Below, one piece after another: positions 11,337 through 21,582 of a stretch of 64,000 nt of DNA. The number at the start of each line of letters is the position of its first letter. Position 1 is the first letter of the stretch. The notes under the pieces were generated by a model, which was not told where the DNA came from, searched no databases, and was given only the letters and a program-made list of their open reading frames with translations. The translations under genes and the position numbers were made by a program. The stretch comes from Candidatus Heimdallarchaeota archaeon (GTDB lineage Archaea > Asgardarchaeota > Heimdallarchaeia > JABLTI01), in the NCBI GenBank assembly GCA_018238155.1, contig JABCTZ010000009.1:68669-132668 (forward strand), written 5' to 3'.

Positions 11337-11525
11337 CTAAAACACCTTATTGAGCTTCATTGCCTTTTTTCATTGGTTCACGTTCTTTTTAATGTTGCCC
11401 AAATTTCTATACTTACCGAACAGAAAAAGTCATTAAACAACGTTGATTATTGCAAATAGCATAATTTTATTAAAGTAATTTATATAGCAACAAACTAGAA
11501 TCAAATATCTGTAAGGAAAATTAAA

Positions 11526-12398
11526 ATGATAATCGGAAAAAGCAATATTAAGAGTACACCTTCTGTAATTTACGTTGCTGATATATCATTATTTTGTGAA
11601 GCTATTATCAGTGATAATAATTTTCTTAAATATCCAAGCAAAGAAATCAACCAAAGAAATGACGACATTCCAGAACCTCATGAAACCATAAACGAAAATT
11701 CACACAAAGTAATAATAACAATTCCTGCATTTAATGAAGAAGAAACAGTTGGAAATGTTATTGAAAAAGTACATAAAGCTATGAAGAATTCAAATTACAG
11801 TTATAATTATTTGATTTTAGTTGTAAATGATGGGAGCTCAGATAAGACCATTAATGTTGCTGAAAATACAGGTGCTCATGTTTTTTCCCATTGTAAAAAT
11901 AATGGCTTAGCTGAAACATTTAGAACCGAAATGAAGATCTGCTTAAAGTTAGGTGCAGATATTATCGTACATACTGACGCAGATGGTCAATATAACGCTG
12001 AAGAAATTCCGAATCTCATAGAGCATGTTGAAAAGGGTTATGATCTAGTATTGGGCAGCAGATTTAAGGGAGCTATTGAAAGAATGACTATAATGAAAAG
12101 ATTCGGAAATAGAGCATTCTCTTTACTAATCTCATTAATAGCCAAAAGAAGGATTTCTGATGGGCAAACCGGATTCAGAGCTTTCACAAGAAAAGTTGCT
12201 GAAGAAATAACTATAGAATCATCTTATACTTATACACAAGAACAAATCATCAAAGCTTGTAAAATGGATTACAAAATTATTGAGATTCCTACATCTTTCG
12301 CAAAAAGGGATGATAATACAAGTAGACTTATGAAGAATCCACTGGATTATGCAATAAGAGCATGGAAGGATATAATTAAACTCTATTTTTTTAAATAG
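11526..12398 (+). CDS. Glycosyltransferase family 2 (DPM1/polyprenol-phosphate GT-like)
   Basis: IPAFNEE, VNDGSSD, DADGQY, GSRF, DGQTGFRAF. The true start may lie downstream of 11526. Confidence 0.88.
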   Translation: MIIGKSNIKSTPSVIYVADISLFCEAIISDNNFLKYPSKEINQRNDDIPEPHETINENSHKVIITIPAFNEEETVGNVIEKVHKAMKNSNYSYNYLILVVNDGSSDKTINVAENTGAHVFSHCKNNGLAETFRTEMKICLKLGADIIVHTDADGQYNAEEIPNLIEHVEKGYDLVLGSRFKGAIERMTIMKRFGNRAFSLLISLIAKRRISDGQTGFRAFTRKVAEEITIESSYTYTQEQIIKACKMDYKIIEIPTSFAKRDDNTSRLMKNPLDYAIRAWKDIIKLYFFK

Positions 12399-12401
12399 TT
12401 A

Positions 12402-12908
12402 TTATTTGATAGCTAAAATATTAATATTGTATGGAAATCGCTTAAGCCCATTTGTTTCTATTTTGACACTGTTGTAATCTACAAGTAGTTTTTTCAATGT
12501 TGAAGGTGTATAACGCCAATAGTCGTTAGGCAACATATGCAATGGATAAAATAATGGCACACTTAGAAATAGATAACCGCCTTTCTTTAAACCGTGATAA
12601 ATATTATCTAAAGCATTTTGATATTCAAAAATATGTTCTAATACATTTAAACAGATAATGATATCATAAATTGGTTCAAGCTTTTCATTAGTTATATCTA
12701 ATTTTGTTACATTTCCGCATGCCACTAAATCCGTTTTGATATATTCATTTGAAACATGAAAAAATCTCTCGACTTTATAGCCTTCACCAGCACCTATTTC
12801 TAAAATTTTCATTTCAGTTATGTGTTTGGCATTTCTTCGGAGGAATCTATATTGTTTTCTTTTCACAGGGAAGATTACATGAGTAATTTTTCTTAGAATT
12901 GCTAACAT
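12402..12908 (-). CDS. Class I SAM-dependent methyltransferase (glycan-modifying type)
   Basis: LEIGAG motif I, NVLEHI, LKKGG, P-F-YPLH..P.DYWRYT. Confidence 0.85.
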   Translation of the reverse strand: MLAILRKITHVIFPVKRKQYRFLRRNAKHITEMKILEIGAGEGYKVERFFHVSNEYIKTDLVACGNVTKLDITNEKLEPIYDIIICLNVLEHIFEYQNALDNIYHGLKKGGYLFLSVPLFYPLHMLPNDYWRYTPSTLKKLLVDYNSVKIETNGLKRFPYNINILAIK

Positions 12909-13024
12909 TTACCATCACATTACTATAGTATTCTGTACAACATCTAACAGTTGTTATTTAGTACACATTAAGTATTTTTATATTACCAATATCCAAAAAT
13001 AAATTAAAGTATAGAGATAAGTGT

Positions 13025-14143
13025 GTGACTAGAATGAGGATTTTAATTGTACTCCATAAAGTAAAGAAAAAAGGTGGAATGGTACTACAACATTTGAAAA
13101 TGTCACAGGAGTTCAAAAAACTCGGTCATGAAGTTTCTATTTTCTCATTTGATACCTTTTTAACAACCAAAAATATCTTCGCTGATCACGTTAAAATATT
13201 TAGAGAATTAAAAACGCATATTAACAAATTTGAGCCTTCTATAATTCTAACATCTGATCCTTACTTCACAACTCTCTTTTCAATACTAGCTAAAAATAAG
13301 TATAGTATAATATGCTTAAGAGCTGGAGCAAGATATCACCCGTTTTATACGGGAAGAATAATAGATAAATTAACACCAGGTAGAATGTTTAGTTCACTAT
13401 ATTTCTTCATTAACCTAATTCTAAAGCAATTGGATAAATTGATTCTAAGAAAGACTGATTTAGTGATTTTCAATTCCAAATATCTTAAACAATACTATGG
13501 CAAATATACAAACAATTCAAAGGTAATCTATAATGGTGTAAGTAAAATTACTGACACTACTTTGAAGATTTATAGCCCACTAAAATTAATTTTTGTAGGT
13601 AGAATTGAACCTAGAAAAAGCATTGAATTAATTCTACAAGCATTAGGTATTTTGGTAAAAATGAAGGTTGATTTTAACTTTTCAATAGTAGGAAAACATA
13701 ATCAATTTCCGGATTATTGGTTGAAATTGGAAAAAATGATTCAAAGATATAATATTCAAGACAAGATAACTATGCTAAATGAAATTCCCAATAGAGAACT
13801 ACCAGATGTTTTGATTAAACATGATATTCTTCTTTTTTCTTCAGATGAAAGAAATTTCCCAATGACAGAAGGATTACCTAATGTTATACTTGAAGGAATG
13901 GCAAATGGATTAGCAATTATAGCTACTCCCGTTGCAGGTGTTCCAGAAATTGTTTCAGAAGAAAATGGTTATTTGGTAGAACCAAAACCAACAGAATTTG
14001 CCAGAAAAATAGTTCTAATAAATAAAAATAATCAAAGGTTATTGGAAATCAAAAACAAAAATGTTTCAAAAATAAAAAATAATTTTAGAATGTCAAAAAC
14101 AGCAAAAGAATACATTAAGGAATTTGAAAAACACTTACCTTGA
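13025..14143 (+). CDS. Glycosyltransferase family 4
   Basis: GGM, IYNGV, FVGRIEPRK, EGLPNVILEGMA. Confidence 0.9.
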   Translation: MTRMRILIVLHKVKKKGGMVLQHLKMSQEFKKLGHEVSIFSFDTFLTTKNIFADHVKIFRELKTHINKFEPSIILTSDPYFTTLFSILAKNKYSIICLRAGARYHPFYTGRIIDKLTPGRMFSSLYFFINLILKQLDKLILRKTDLVIFNSKYLKQYYGKYTNNSKVIYNGVSKITDTTLKIYSPLKLIFVGRIEPRKSIELILQALGILVKMKVDFNFSIVGKHNQFPDYWLKLEKMIQRYNIQDKITMLNEIPNRELPDVLIKHDILLFSSDERNFPMTEGLPNVILEGMANGLAIIATPVAGVPEIVSEENGYLVEPKPTEFARKIVLINKNNQRLLEIKNKNVSKIKNNFRMSKTAKEYIKEFEKHLP

Positions 14144-14220
14144 AAATAGTGATTGCTGTTTTGCTAAATTGTCTTGCTAGGTTTTTGAGTGTGTAGAATA
14201 GAAATACATTAGTAAATTTA

Positions 14221-15183
14221 TCATTGTGTGAAAGTCGAACGATTTTTCAAATAATCATCAATAAATGCTCTTATCGCAATTAACAAAGATTTCTGTGGTT
14301 TATATTTTAAAATTTGTTCCGCTTTAGTGATGTTGGCAAGAGTATCTTTTACATCAGCTTTGTCGAAATCAACATATTTTATCTTTAATTCTGTTTTTGT
14401 TTCATCAGAGATCAATTTCAAAACATCATTCACTGATGTTCTTATTCCTGAGCCAATATTGAAATCTTCATTTCTTGCATTTGGCATAGTTCCCATTAGA
14501 TAAGTGGCCTCAACAATATTATCAACATGAGTCCAATCTCTAGTTTGAGTTCCATCTCCAAAAATGTTTATGGTTTTTCCTTGGAGAGCACTAGAGAGAA
14601 ATGTATTGATTGCCATATCAGGTCTTTGTCTTGCTCCAATAACTGTGAACGGTCTAATTATGGAGATATCTATTTCAGGATAAAGGCGTCTAGTAATTTC
14701 AACAATCTTCTCAACAGTTAATTTACTTACACCATAATAGCTAATAGGATTTTTAGGATGAAGTTCATCAATTGGTAAATATTCTTGTAAACCAAATACA
14801 GAAGAACTACTAGCTACTACAACTTTCTTTATTTTCTTTTTATTACAAATAGTTAATACTTGAGAAGTTCCTTCAATGTTTATTCTTAAACTCTTTTCTG
14901 GATTTGCTGTTGAATATCTTACACCAGGTTGAGCAGCAAAATGAAAAACAATTTCAATTTCATTAGATAGTGCCTTATTTACGCTCTCCGGGTCTAAAAT
15001 TGACCCATGAATAATTTTAGTGCCTGCTTCCTCTAGCTCTTGAGCATTTAGTTGTTTCATTTTAACAGAATAATAATCAGAAAAATTATCTAATACTGTT
15101 ACATTGAAACCTTTCCTCAGTAAAAGATTGCTCAAGTGATAACCGATAAAGCCTGCTCCACCAGTTACTAAAACATTAGTCAA
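14221..15183 (-). CDS. UDP-glucuronate/UDP-glucose 4-epimerase-like extended SDR
   Basis: GGAGFIG, DNFSDYY, AAQPGVRYS, ASSSSVFG, YGVSK, RQRPDMAI, GDGTQTRD. TTG start with GGTG RBS. Confidence 0.85.
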   Translation of the reverse strand: MTNVLVTGGAGFIGYHLSNLLLRKGFNVTVLDNFSDYYSVKMKQLNAQELEEAGTKIIHGSILDPESVNKALSNEIEIVFHFAAQPGVRYSTANPEKSLRINIEGTSQVLTICNKKKIKKVVVASSSSVFGLQEYLPIDELHPKNPISYYGVSKLTVEKIVEITRRLYPEIDISIIRPFTVIGARQRPDMAINTFLSSALQGKTINIFGDGTQTRDWTHVDNIVEATYLMGTMPNARNEDFNIGSGIRTSVNDVLKLISDETKTELKIKYVDFDKADVKDTLANITKAEQILKYKPQKSLLIAIRAFIDDYLKNRSTFTQ

Positions 15184-15324
15184 TTTAAAACACCAAAGAT
15201 ATCTATTATTTTTCTGAGGTTTATTTTTTTAAATAATATTGATTATAAACTATTTGCTTGCTTTTGAAACATTAAATAGTTTGTTCAAGAATCAATTAGT
15301 GGTTGGAAAATCCTAGAGACAGCT

Positions 15325-16851
15325 TTAATCAATAACAGTTTCTTCTGTAGGTGATTTTTTACGAAATGGTGCCACAATTTCCTTTATATCCGAAACTATT
15401 GACTTTAGATTAATAGTTCTACTAAAGACTAAATACAAAATGAAAATAATTAGATTTGCTATTAATGCAAGAAGAATAAAAATCCAGTTTTCAAGATAAT
15501 GTACTACTATCAAGGAAATAATTACATTACTTAACATGAAAGCAATCCACATAATAAAAGTCACAATGTCCCTTTTTTCTAGCTTAGAATTTAGCTTTAT
15601 CGAATAAAAGAAGTAAAATGCCAAGAGAGAAAGTGTAGAAATTAAATATGCTAATGGTACGGCTGTTTGAATATTTTCTCCATTAAATGTGGATAAAAAT
15701 ATCACTTCTGGAATAACAAAAGCAACTAAGGATAGCAATTTTCCTATTGTAAATATTTTCTCATGATTAGTATTTCTTATGTAAATAGAATAGAGGTAAT
15801 TAAAGGAATCAATAACAACTACCAATAGAAATCCATAAAAAATTATTCTAGCCCCCGCAATGTATTCATCTCCATATAGTATCTCAATGAAATATTCCCC
15901 GAAATATGAAAACACCAGCAAAATAATTCCTTGCATAATATATAGAATTGACAGGGAAATGCGGAACGATTTATGTAATTCATCCAGCTTGTTTTCATGG
16001 AAGTCTTTTGAAATTCTAGGACCAACTGCAACGGCAATCATTTGAGCAGGTATAATTAACAAAGCTGTCAATGAAAAAGCAATATTAACATAACCTGCAA
16101 AAGAGTTACTAATAATTATTTGTGGCAGTTTTAAAAGAAAATAAAATATTACACTGTTTGTAATATCAACTAGAAATAAATTAAACCTTTTTTTGGAAAA
16201 ATCAAAAATATTTATTTTCGTTGAAAAAATTGTCCGAACTGATTTAGCTTTAAAAATCAAGTAGAATATTGATATTAGTATAGATACACCAACACTACCA
16301 AATGTACAGTATATCATTTTATCAATCGTCAACGTATTTCGTAAAATGATTATTAAAATAAGCATAGAAACGCTTTGAACTACCATCTGTATAAAATATC
16401 CGCGAAAATCTTTTAACCCAATAAAAATAAACTGGAAGAATAAAAAACAAATATAGAATGCTGAAATTAGAAATGAATATTTGTAGGTGCTTGTATTATT
16501 TACAACAAAAAGTATAATTGAAATTATTAACGAAATTGATCCAATAATTGTAGCATATATTACTGCAGAATAAACTGATTCTCTTTTCTTTTGACTGTTC
16601 TCTCTTGGCAGATTTATTGTGAGCTGTTGACCTAATCCCAATAAAGCAATAGTTGAAATCAGTGTCATTTCATTCCAAATTACACTAAACAATCCATAGA
16701 TATCTGGAGAAGAAAATCTAGCTATTATTATTCTTGACCCCATGCGAGCTAATAGTGAAATAGCATGTGACAACAACAGGAAAATCAAGCTTGCTGAGAA
16801 ATATTTGTAATTATCTAGTTTATCAGTCAATTTTCCGCCTCTATTGTACAA
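15325..16851 (-). CDS. Wzx/MOP-type oligosaccharide flippase
   Basis: About 14 TM helices, IIIARF.P..YG, P.IS motif, LYG..Y. Confidence 0.82.
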   Translation of the reverse strand: MYNRGGKLTDKLDNYKYFSASLIFLLLSHAISLLARMGSRIIIARFSSPDIYGLFSVIWNEMTLISTIALLGLGQQLTINLPRENSQKKRESVYSAVIYATIIGSISLIISIILFVVNNTSTYKYSFLISAFYICFLFFQFIFIGLKDFRGYFIQMVVQSVSMLILIIILRNTLTIDKMIYCTFGSVGVSILISIFYLIFKAKSVRTIFSTKINIFDFSKKRFNLFLVDITNSVIFYFLLKLPQIIISNSFAGYVNIAFSLTALLIIPAQMIAVAVGPRISKDFHENKLDELHKSFRISLSILYIMQGIILLVFSYFGEYFIEILYGDEYIAGARIIFYGFLLVVVIDSFNYLYSIYIRNTNHEKIFTIGKLLSLVAFVIPEVIFLSTFNGENIQTAVPLAYLISTLSLLAFYFFYSIKLNSKLEKRDIVTFIMWIAFMLSNVIISLIVVHYLENWIFILLALIANLIIFILYLVFSRTINLKSIVSDIKEIVAPFRKKSPTEETVID

Positions 16852-16998
16852 TCTCTGAGTTATTAATTATGAAAATGGAATGTGAAACTTATTCAGACAT
16901 TCATTAAGATACCTTGAAAATTACATTAATATTTTAGGTTAAAAAACTATTTAAGGCAGCTTGTTTGCGTTAGCTTATAATCTACTATTTGTGATAAA

Positions 16999-18174
16999 AT
17001 GCATGTATGTTATGTAATCTGGAAATTTAAATCACCAAAAAATTTCCAACAGATGGGTGGGGCAGAAAGACAATTACTAAAGATTGTTGAAAACCTAAAA
17101 AATAAGAGAGATATAAAAGTAACAATTATTTCAAAGAAATTGCCAGATGATTCAATTAAGGAATCTGTTTCACCTAATATTTCAATACAAAGGTTGAAAT
17201 CATCAAATATACCATTAATTTCAGTTTTCATCTTTAGTATAGTCTTGTTTTTCCATCTAATTTTTTTGAATAAAAAGAAGAAAATAGATTTAATTCATTT
17301 ACCATTACCTGATCTGTTTATACTTCCAGTCCTTATTTTAAGGAGAATATTGCATTTCCCGGTTATCGCACGAATTGCAGCAGATGAGTTATTTCCATTT
17401 AGATCACATGGATTTTGGTTTTTGGAAAGAATAATTGTAAGAAAAATGATTCTTATGTGTGATGCTATTCAAACATTGAACGGTCAAGCTTTTGCTTATT
17501 CTAAATCCATAGGAGTAAATCAGAAGCGATTATTCTTAATACCAAATGGAATTGAAGATCTTCACCAACCTAAAAACTATACTAACCTAACAAAAAAAAT
17601 CGTTTATATTGGAGCTATGAGATTTTTTCCAAAAAAACATAAAATTGAACAGAAAAATTTGCTATTTCTAATTCATGCATTTTTTGAATTGTTGAAACAC
17701 AAAAAGGATTTGAAATTAGTTATGGTAGGTGATGGTAACTATCGTTGTTATTTAGAAAAATTAGTTAGAGAGCTAGGTATAGAAGATAATGTAATATTTA
17801 CTGGCTACAAATTAAACATTCATGATTATCTAATAAAAGCAGATATTTTCGTAAATCCTTCGCATTATGAAGGTATGCCAAATGCTGTTCTTGAAGCGAT
17901 GTCAAGAGGAATCTTGACATTATGCAGTAATATACCTGAACATAAATTTATCATTAAAGATAAAACCAACGGACTCTTGTTTGATCATACCAACATAGAA
18001 AGTTTTGTTTCAAGCATAATGGATTTTTATAAAAATCCTGAACCTCATTTTAAGATAGCTAAAAATGGCTATAATTATGTTATAAATAATCATTCCTTAG
18101 AACTTGTCATTAAATTAATTCTTGATATGTATAAAAAAGTAACAAAAACATACCAGTTAAAAATTGCTGATTAA
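16999..18174 (+). CDS. Glycosyltransferase family 4
   Basis: GGAERQ, IPNGI, VGDG, PSHYEGMPNAVLEAM. Confidence 0.9.
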   Translation: MHVCYVIWKFKSPKNFQQMGGAERQLLKIVENLKNKRDIKVTIISKKLPDDSIKESVSPNISIQRLKSSNIPLISVFIFSIVLFFHLIFLNKKKKIDLIHLPLPDLFILPVLILRRILHFPVIARIAADELFPFRSHGFWFLERIIVRKMILMCDAIQTLNGQAFAYSKSIGVNQKRLFLIPNGIEDLHQPKNYTNLTKKIVYIGAMRFFPKKHKIEQKNLLFLIHAFFELLKHKKDLKLVMVGDGNYRCYLEKLVRELGIEDNVIFTGYKLNIHDYLIKADIFVNPSHYEGMPNAVLEAMSRGILTLCSNIPEHKFIIKDKTNGLLFDHTNIESFVSSIMDFYKNPEPHFKIAKNGYNYVINNHSLELVIKLILDMYKKVTKTYQLKIAD

Positions 18175-18183
18175 CTGACATAA

Positions 18184-19413
18184 TTAACGTTTGTTTGTTG
18201 CAATTATTTCAATAATATGTTTGTCAGTAATTATAGTCCAGTCGAATTGTTTTGAATGCCCTTTACAATTATTACTTATATTCTCTAACAATTCATCATT
18301 AGATTTTAGATTGTTAATTGCATTAACTATTTGCTCAACACTTTTTTGTTCAATTAAAAAACCAGTATATTGATGTATCACTCCATCACTAATTCCACCT
18401 ACATTCGTTGCAATAATGGGCAATCCTGCACTTAACGCTTCAAGTATTACAACTGGAAAACCTTCTTTATCTCCTTCTGGTGTTTCTATTGAGGGTACAA
18501 GTAAAAGATCCACTGAATTTAGAAATTTGATTTTGTCCTTCTCAGAAATTCGACCATAGAAGATAACACTTTTTGTCAAATTATTTTCTCTTACAAAATT
18601 CTTTAATGTACCTCTTAAAGGTCCATCACCACAAATGTGGAAATAAATATCTTTACTGTTTATTTTCTTAATAGCTTCTATTGCATAAATTAATCCCTTT
18701 TTCTCAACTATTCTGCCTAAGAAAAGAATATTGAAAGAATTCTTTGGAAATATTTTCTTTCCAACTTTTTGTGTCAATGATTTTGTATATGTACCCATTG
18801 GCACAACTTTCACTTTTTTGTTATATTGATCAATATTTGGTTCTGAAAGTAATTTGTAGAATTTCTGTTTACCAAAATTGCTAACAATGAAAAATCGAGT
18901 TGAGTTTCTATAGATGAACTTTGCTAATTTGTTACCTAATGGCAATTTTTCCAATAAATAGAGACCTGCTGCGTGCACAATAACATAATTTTTTCTTCTC
19001 AGAAATCTTTGCATAATTGCTCCAATTAATCCTGAAGGTACTAACCAATGTGAGCTTATTATATCAATTTTGTATTTCTTAATCATATGTATTGTATTTA
19101 CAAATTGAAAGATGATCAAAAATGGAATTAATAACAAATTTTGTTTACTTTTTTTTATACTTGGTAAAATTCCATCCCCAGTTGTTAACATTTGATTTTT
19201 CTTAAGAAAATACTTGAAGCGAAATATGCTAAGACTTTTTGAAATAATTTCAACCTTCTCTTTACAATCTGGCCTATCCGGAGTTAATACAATAGTTCTG
19301 ATATTCCTCTCCGAAAGATTTTCGGATAAATCAAAAACGAATCGCGGTGTACCGTAATCATTTTTAGATTTTGGAAAGGTAGTTGTAAGGACAAGCATTT
19401 TCAAGTTAAGCAC
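18184..19413 (-). CDS. Glycosyltransferase family 4
   Basis: TTTFP, HWLVPSG, GRIVEKKG, GDKEGFPVVILEAL. Confidence 0.9.
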   Translation of the reverse strand: MLNLKMLVLTTTFPKSKNDYGTPRFVFDLSENLSERNIRTIVLTPDRPDCKEKVEIISKSLSIFRFKYFLKKNQMLTTGDGILPSIKKSKQNLLLIPFLIIFQFVNTIHMIKKYKIDIISSHWLVPSGLIGAIMQRFLRRKNYVIVHAAGLYLLEKLPLGNKLAKFIYRNSTRFFIVSNFGKQKFYKLLSEPNIDQYNKKVKVVPMGTYTKSLTQKVGKKIFPKNSFNILFLGRIVEKKGLIYAIEAIKKINSKDIYFHICGDGPLRGTLKNFVRENNLTKSVIFYGRISEKDKIKFLNSVDLLLVPSIETPEGDKEGFPVVILEALSAGLPIIATNVGGISDGVIHQYTGFLIEQKSVEQIVNAINNLKSNDELLENISNNCKGHSKQFDWTIITDKHIIEIIATNKR

Positions 19414-19685
19414 TTCTCTAAAACCATTGTCTAGTCATTTAGCATAACAGTATTCCATTTATGGTCATTTTTTTAATTAATGTTTAACATTTCGTATTAA
19501 ATAAATCAAAACAGATAATATATTTCGATTTTTTCTGAATGACAAGAAGGAGGTTTAAATTTAATATAAATACTTTGTATTAATCTAAAGTCTTAACTTT
19601 AGCTGTGCTTAAACAAATATAATAAGAAACATTTTATTTTACTTGATTATATTTTCATTCAGTAAATAATAAGGTTAGATTAAAT

Positions 19686-21530
19686 TTGTGTGGAATTGCT
19701 GGATTTAACTGGAATAATACATCTTTAGCTGATAAAATGATAAGCGTATTATTACACAGGGGTCCTGACAATAAAAGCATCTATTCTAATGATTTGCTAA
19801 CCTTTGCTCATAGTCGTCTATCAATTATAGATTTAAGTACAAAAGGCAACCAACCTATGACTTATCAAACCAAAGATCGATCTGCAGTCATTGTTTTTAA
19901 TGGAGAAATATATAATTTCAAAGAGCTAAGGGCTATACTTTCTGAGAAAGGTTATAGTTTTAATTCTGCTTCAGATACAGAAGTTGTTTTAGCAATGTAT
20001 TTGGAATTTGGTTATGAATGTGTGAACCATTTTAATGGAATGTGGTCCTTTTCAATATATGATTTAGATAAAGGAATTCTCTTCTGTTCACGAGATAGAT
20101 TTGGGCAAAAACCATTTTATTACTATAATGAAAATAACAAATTTATTTTTGCATCTGAAATTAAAGCAATTATACAATATTCTGAATTGGAGATAAATAA
20201 AATAGAAAAAATTGACACTAAAGCTATAGACTTCTATATTGATGCCGGATTTATTCCTGCACCTTATACAATTTATCACAAAATACGAAAATTGAAATCT
20301 GGTGAAAATCTTGTTTTTAATTTAAAGACAAATCAAATTGATAGAAAATGGACCTATTACGAAATTGGTGATTATAAACCTCTATATAACAAATCATATC
20401 TAAAAGAAGAAATGTTGGAATCAATAAGAGATTCTGTAAGATTACGAATGATAGCTGATGTGCCTGTTGGGGCATTTCTAAGTGGTGGATTGGATTCAAG
20501 TCTTATTGTAGGCATAATGAAAGATTTTACAAAGATAACTGATTTACATACTTTTTCGATAGGCTTTGAGGGGGAGAAATATGATGAATCCAAATATATC
20601 GATATTGCAAAAGATTTCTATGGTACACAGCACCACCATTATCAATTTAGAGAAAAAGATTTTCGTGAGTTATTATACAAGTATTCATATCATTATGATG
20701 AACCGTTTGGTGATTTAGCAGGCTTTCCAACATTTGTACTTTCAAACTTAGCAAGGAAATGGGTTACTGTTGCTTTAAGTGGTGATGGTGGAGATGAAGT
20801 ATTTGGTGGATATACTTATCTAGATAAAGCTAGGAAATTAGACGTTGTTCGAAAAGCGCCAACATTTATTAGAAAATCCCTATTATCAGTAACTTCAAAC
20901 AAATGTTTACGTAAGAACACTTCAATTTCTTTCATCAGAGATGGTCTAAGAGCATCTTTACGGGACAAATATGAATATCCATTAGATGATTTTGAATTCT
21001 CCAAAAATAAATCAGAAACATATAAACATTGGTTAAAAAATAACATGGAGCAATGCTTGAGAAAGAGTGATGATGTTTTATTAGAAGCACTCCGGATTAA
21101 TGACATTCTTTATTCAACATTTGGAGATCATTTCCTTACAAAAGTTGATCGTGCTTCTATGGCAAATTCCATTGAAGTTAGAAGCCCATTAATGGATTAT
21201 CGCATATTGAATTTATCAATGAAGATTCCCTATAAATGGAAGCATGGTTTAGTTAGAAATAAATTATTAATGCGAAAATTAGCTAAACAAATATTGCCTG
21301 CCAAGATATTAAATCGAGACAAACAAGGATTTACACCACCAATCCAAGAATGGATAAAAGATAGTTTTTATTCAACTTTACTGTATGATTCATTGGACAA
21401 TTTAAAATTATTAAATAATAATAAACTAAATTTCTACTTGAACAAGTTTACTAATGGTACTATTAGTAATCAAATGAAAATTAGATTGTTCTTGCTTTCT
21501 CAATGGTTTGATTGTTGGATGTTAAATTAA
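19686..21530 (+). CDS. asnB: Asparagine synthase (glutamine-hydrolysing)-family amidotransferase, glycan-locus type
   Basis: N-terminal (M)CGIAG from a TTG start, HRGPD, RLSIIDL, NGEIYN, SDTEV, LSGGLDSS, SGDGGDE, KVDRASMA. Confidence 0.92.
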   Translation: MCGIAGFNWNNTSLADKMISVLLHRGPDNKSIYSNDLLTFAHSRLSIIDLSTKGNQPMTYQTKDRSAVIVFNGEIYNFKELRAILSEKGYSFNSASDTEVVLAMYLEFGYECVNHFNGMWSFSIYDLDKGILFCSRDRFGQKPFYYYNENNKFIFASEIKAIIQYSELEINKIEKIDTKAIDFYIDAGFIPAPYTIYHKIRKLKSGENLVFNLKTNQIDRKWTYYEIGDYKPLYNKSYLKEEMLESIRDSVRLRMIADVPVGAFLSGGLDSSLIVGIMKDFTKITDLHTFSIGFEGEKYDESKYIDIAKDFYGTQHHHYQFREKDFRELLYKYSYHYDEPFGDLAGFPTFVLSNLARKWVTVALSGDGGDEVFGGYTYLDKARKLDVVRKAPTFIRKSLLSVTSNKCLRKNTSISFIRDGLRASLRDKYEYPLDDFEFSKNKSETYKHWLKNNMEQCLRKSDDVLLEALRINDILYSTFGDHFLTKVDRASMANSIEVRSPLMDYRILNLSMKIPYKWKHGLVRNKLLMRKLAKQILPAKILNRDKQGFTPPIQEWIKDSFYSTLLYDSLDNLKLLNNNKLNFYLNKFTNGTISNQMKIRLFLLSQWFDCWMLN

Positions 21531-21582
21531 ATTTAAAAATATCTTTTCATAATAAATCATTTTTCTTAAGCACAATAATTAT

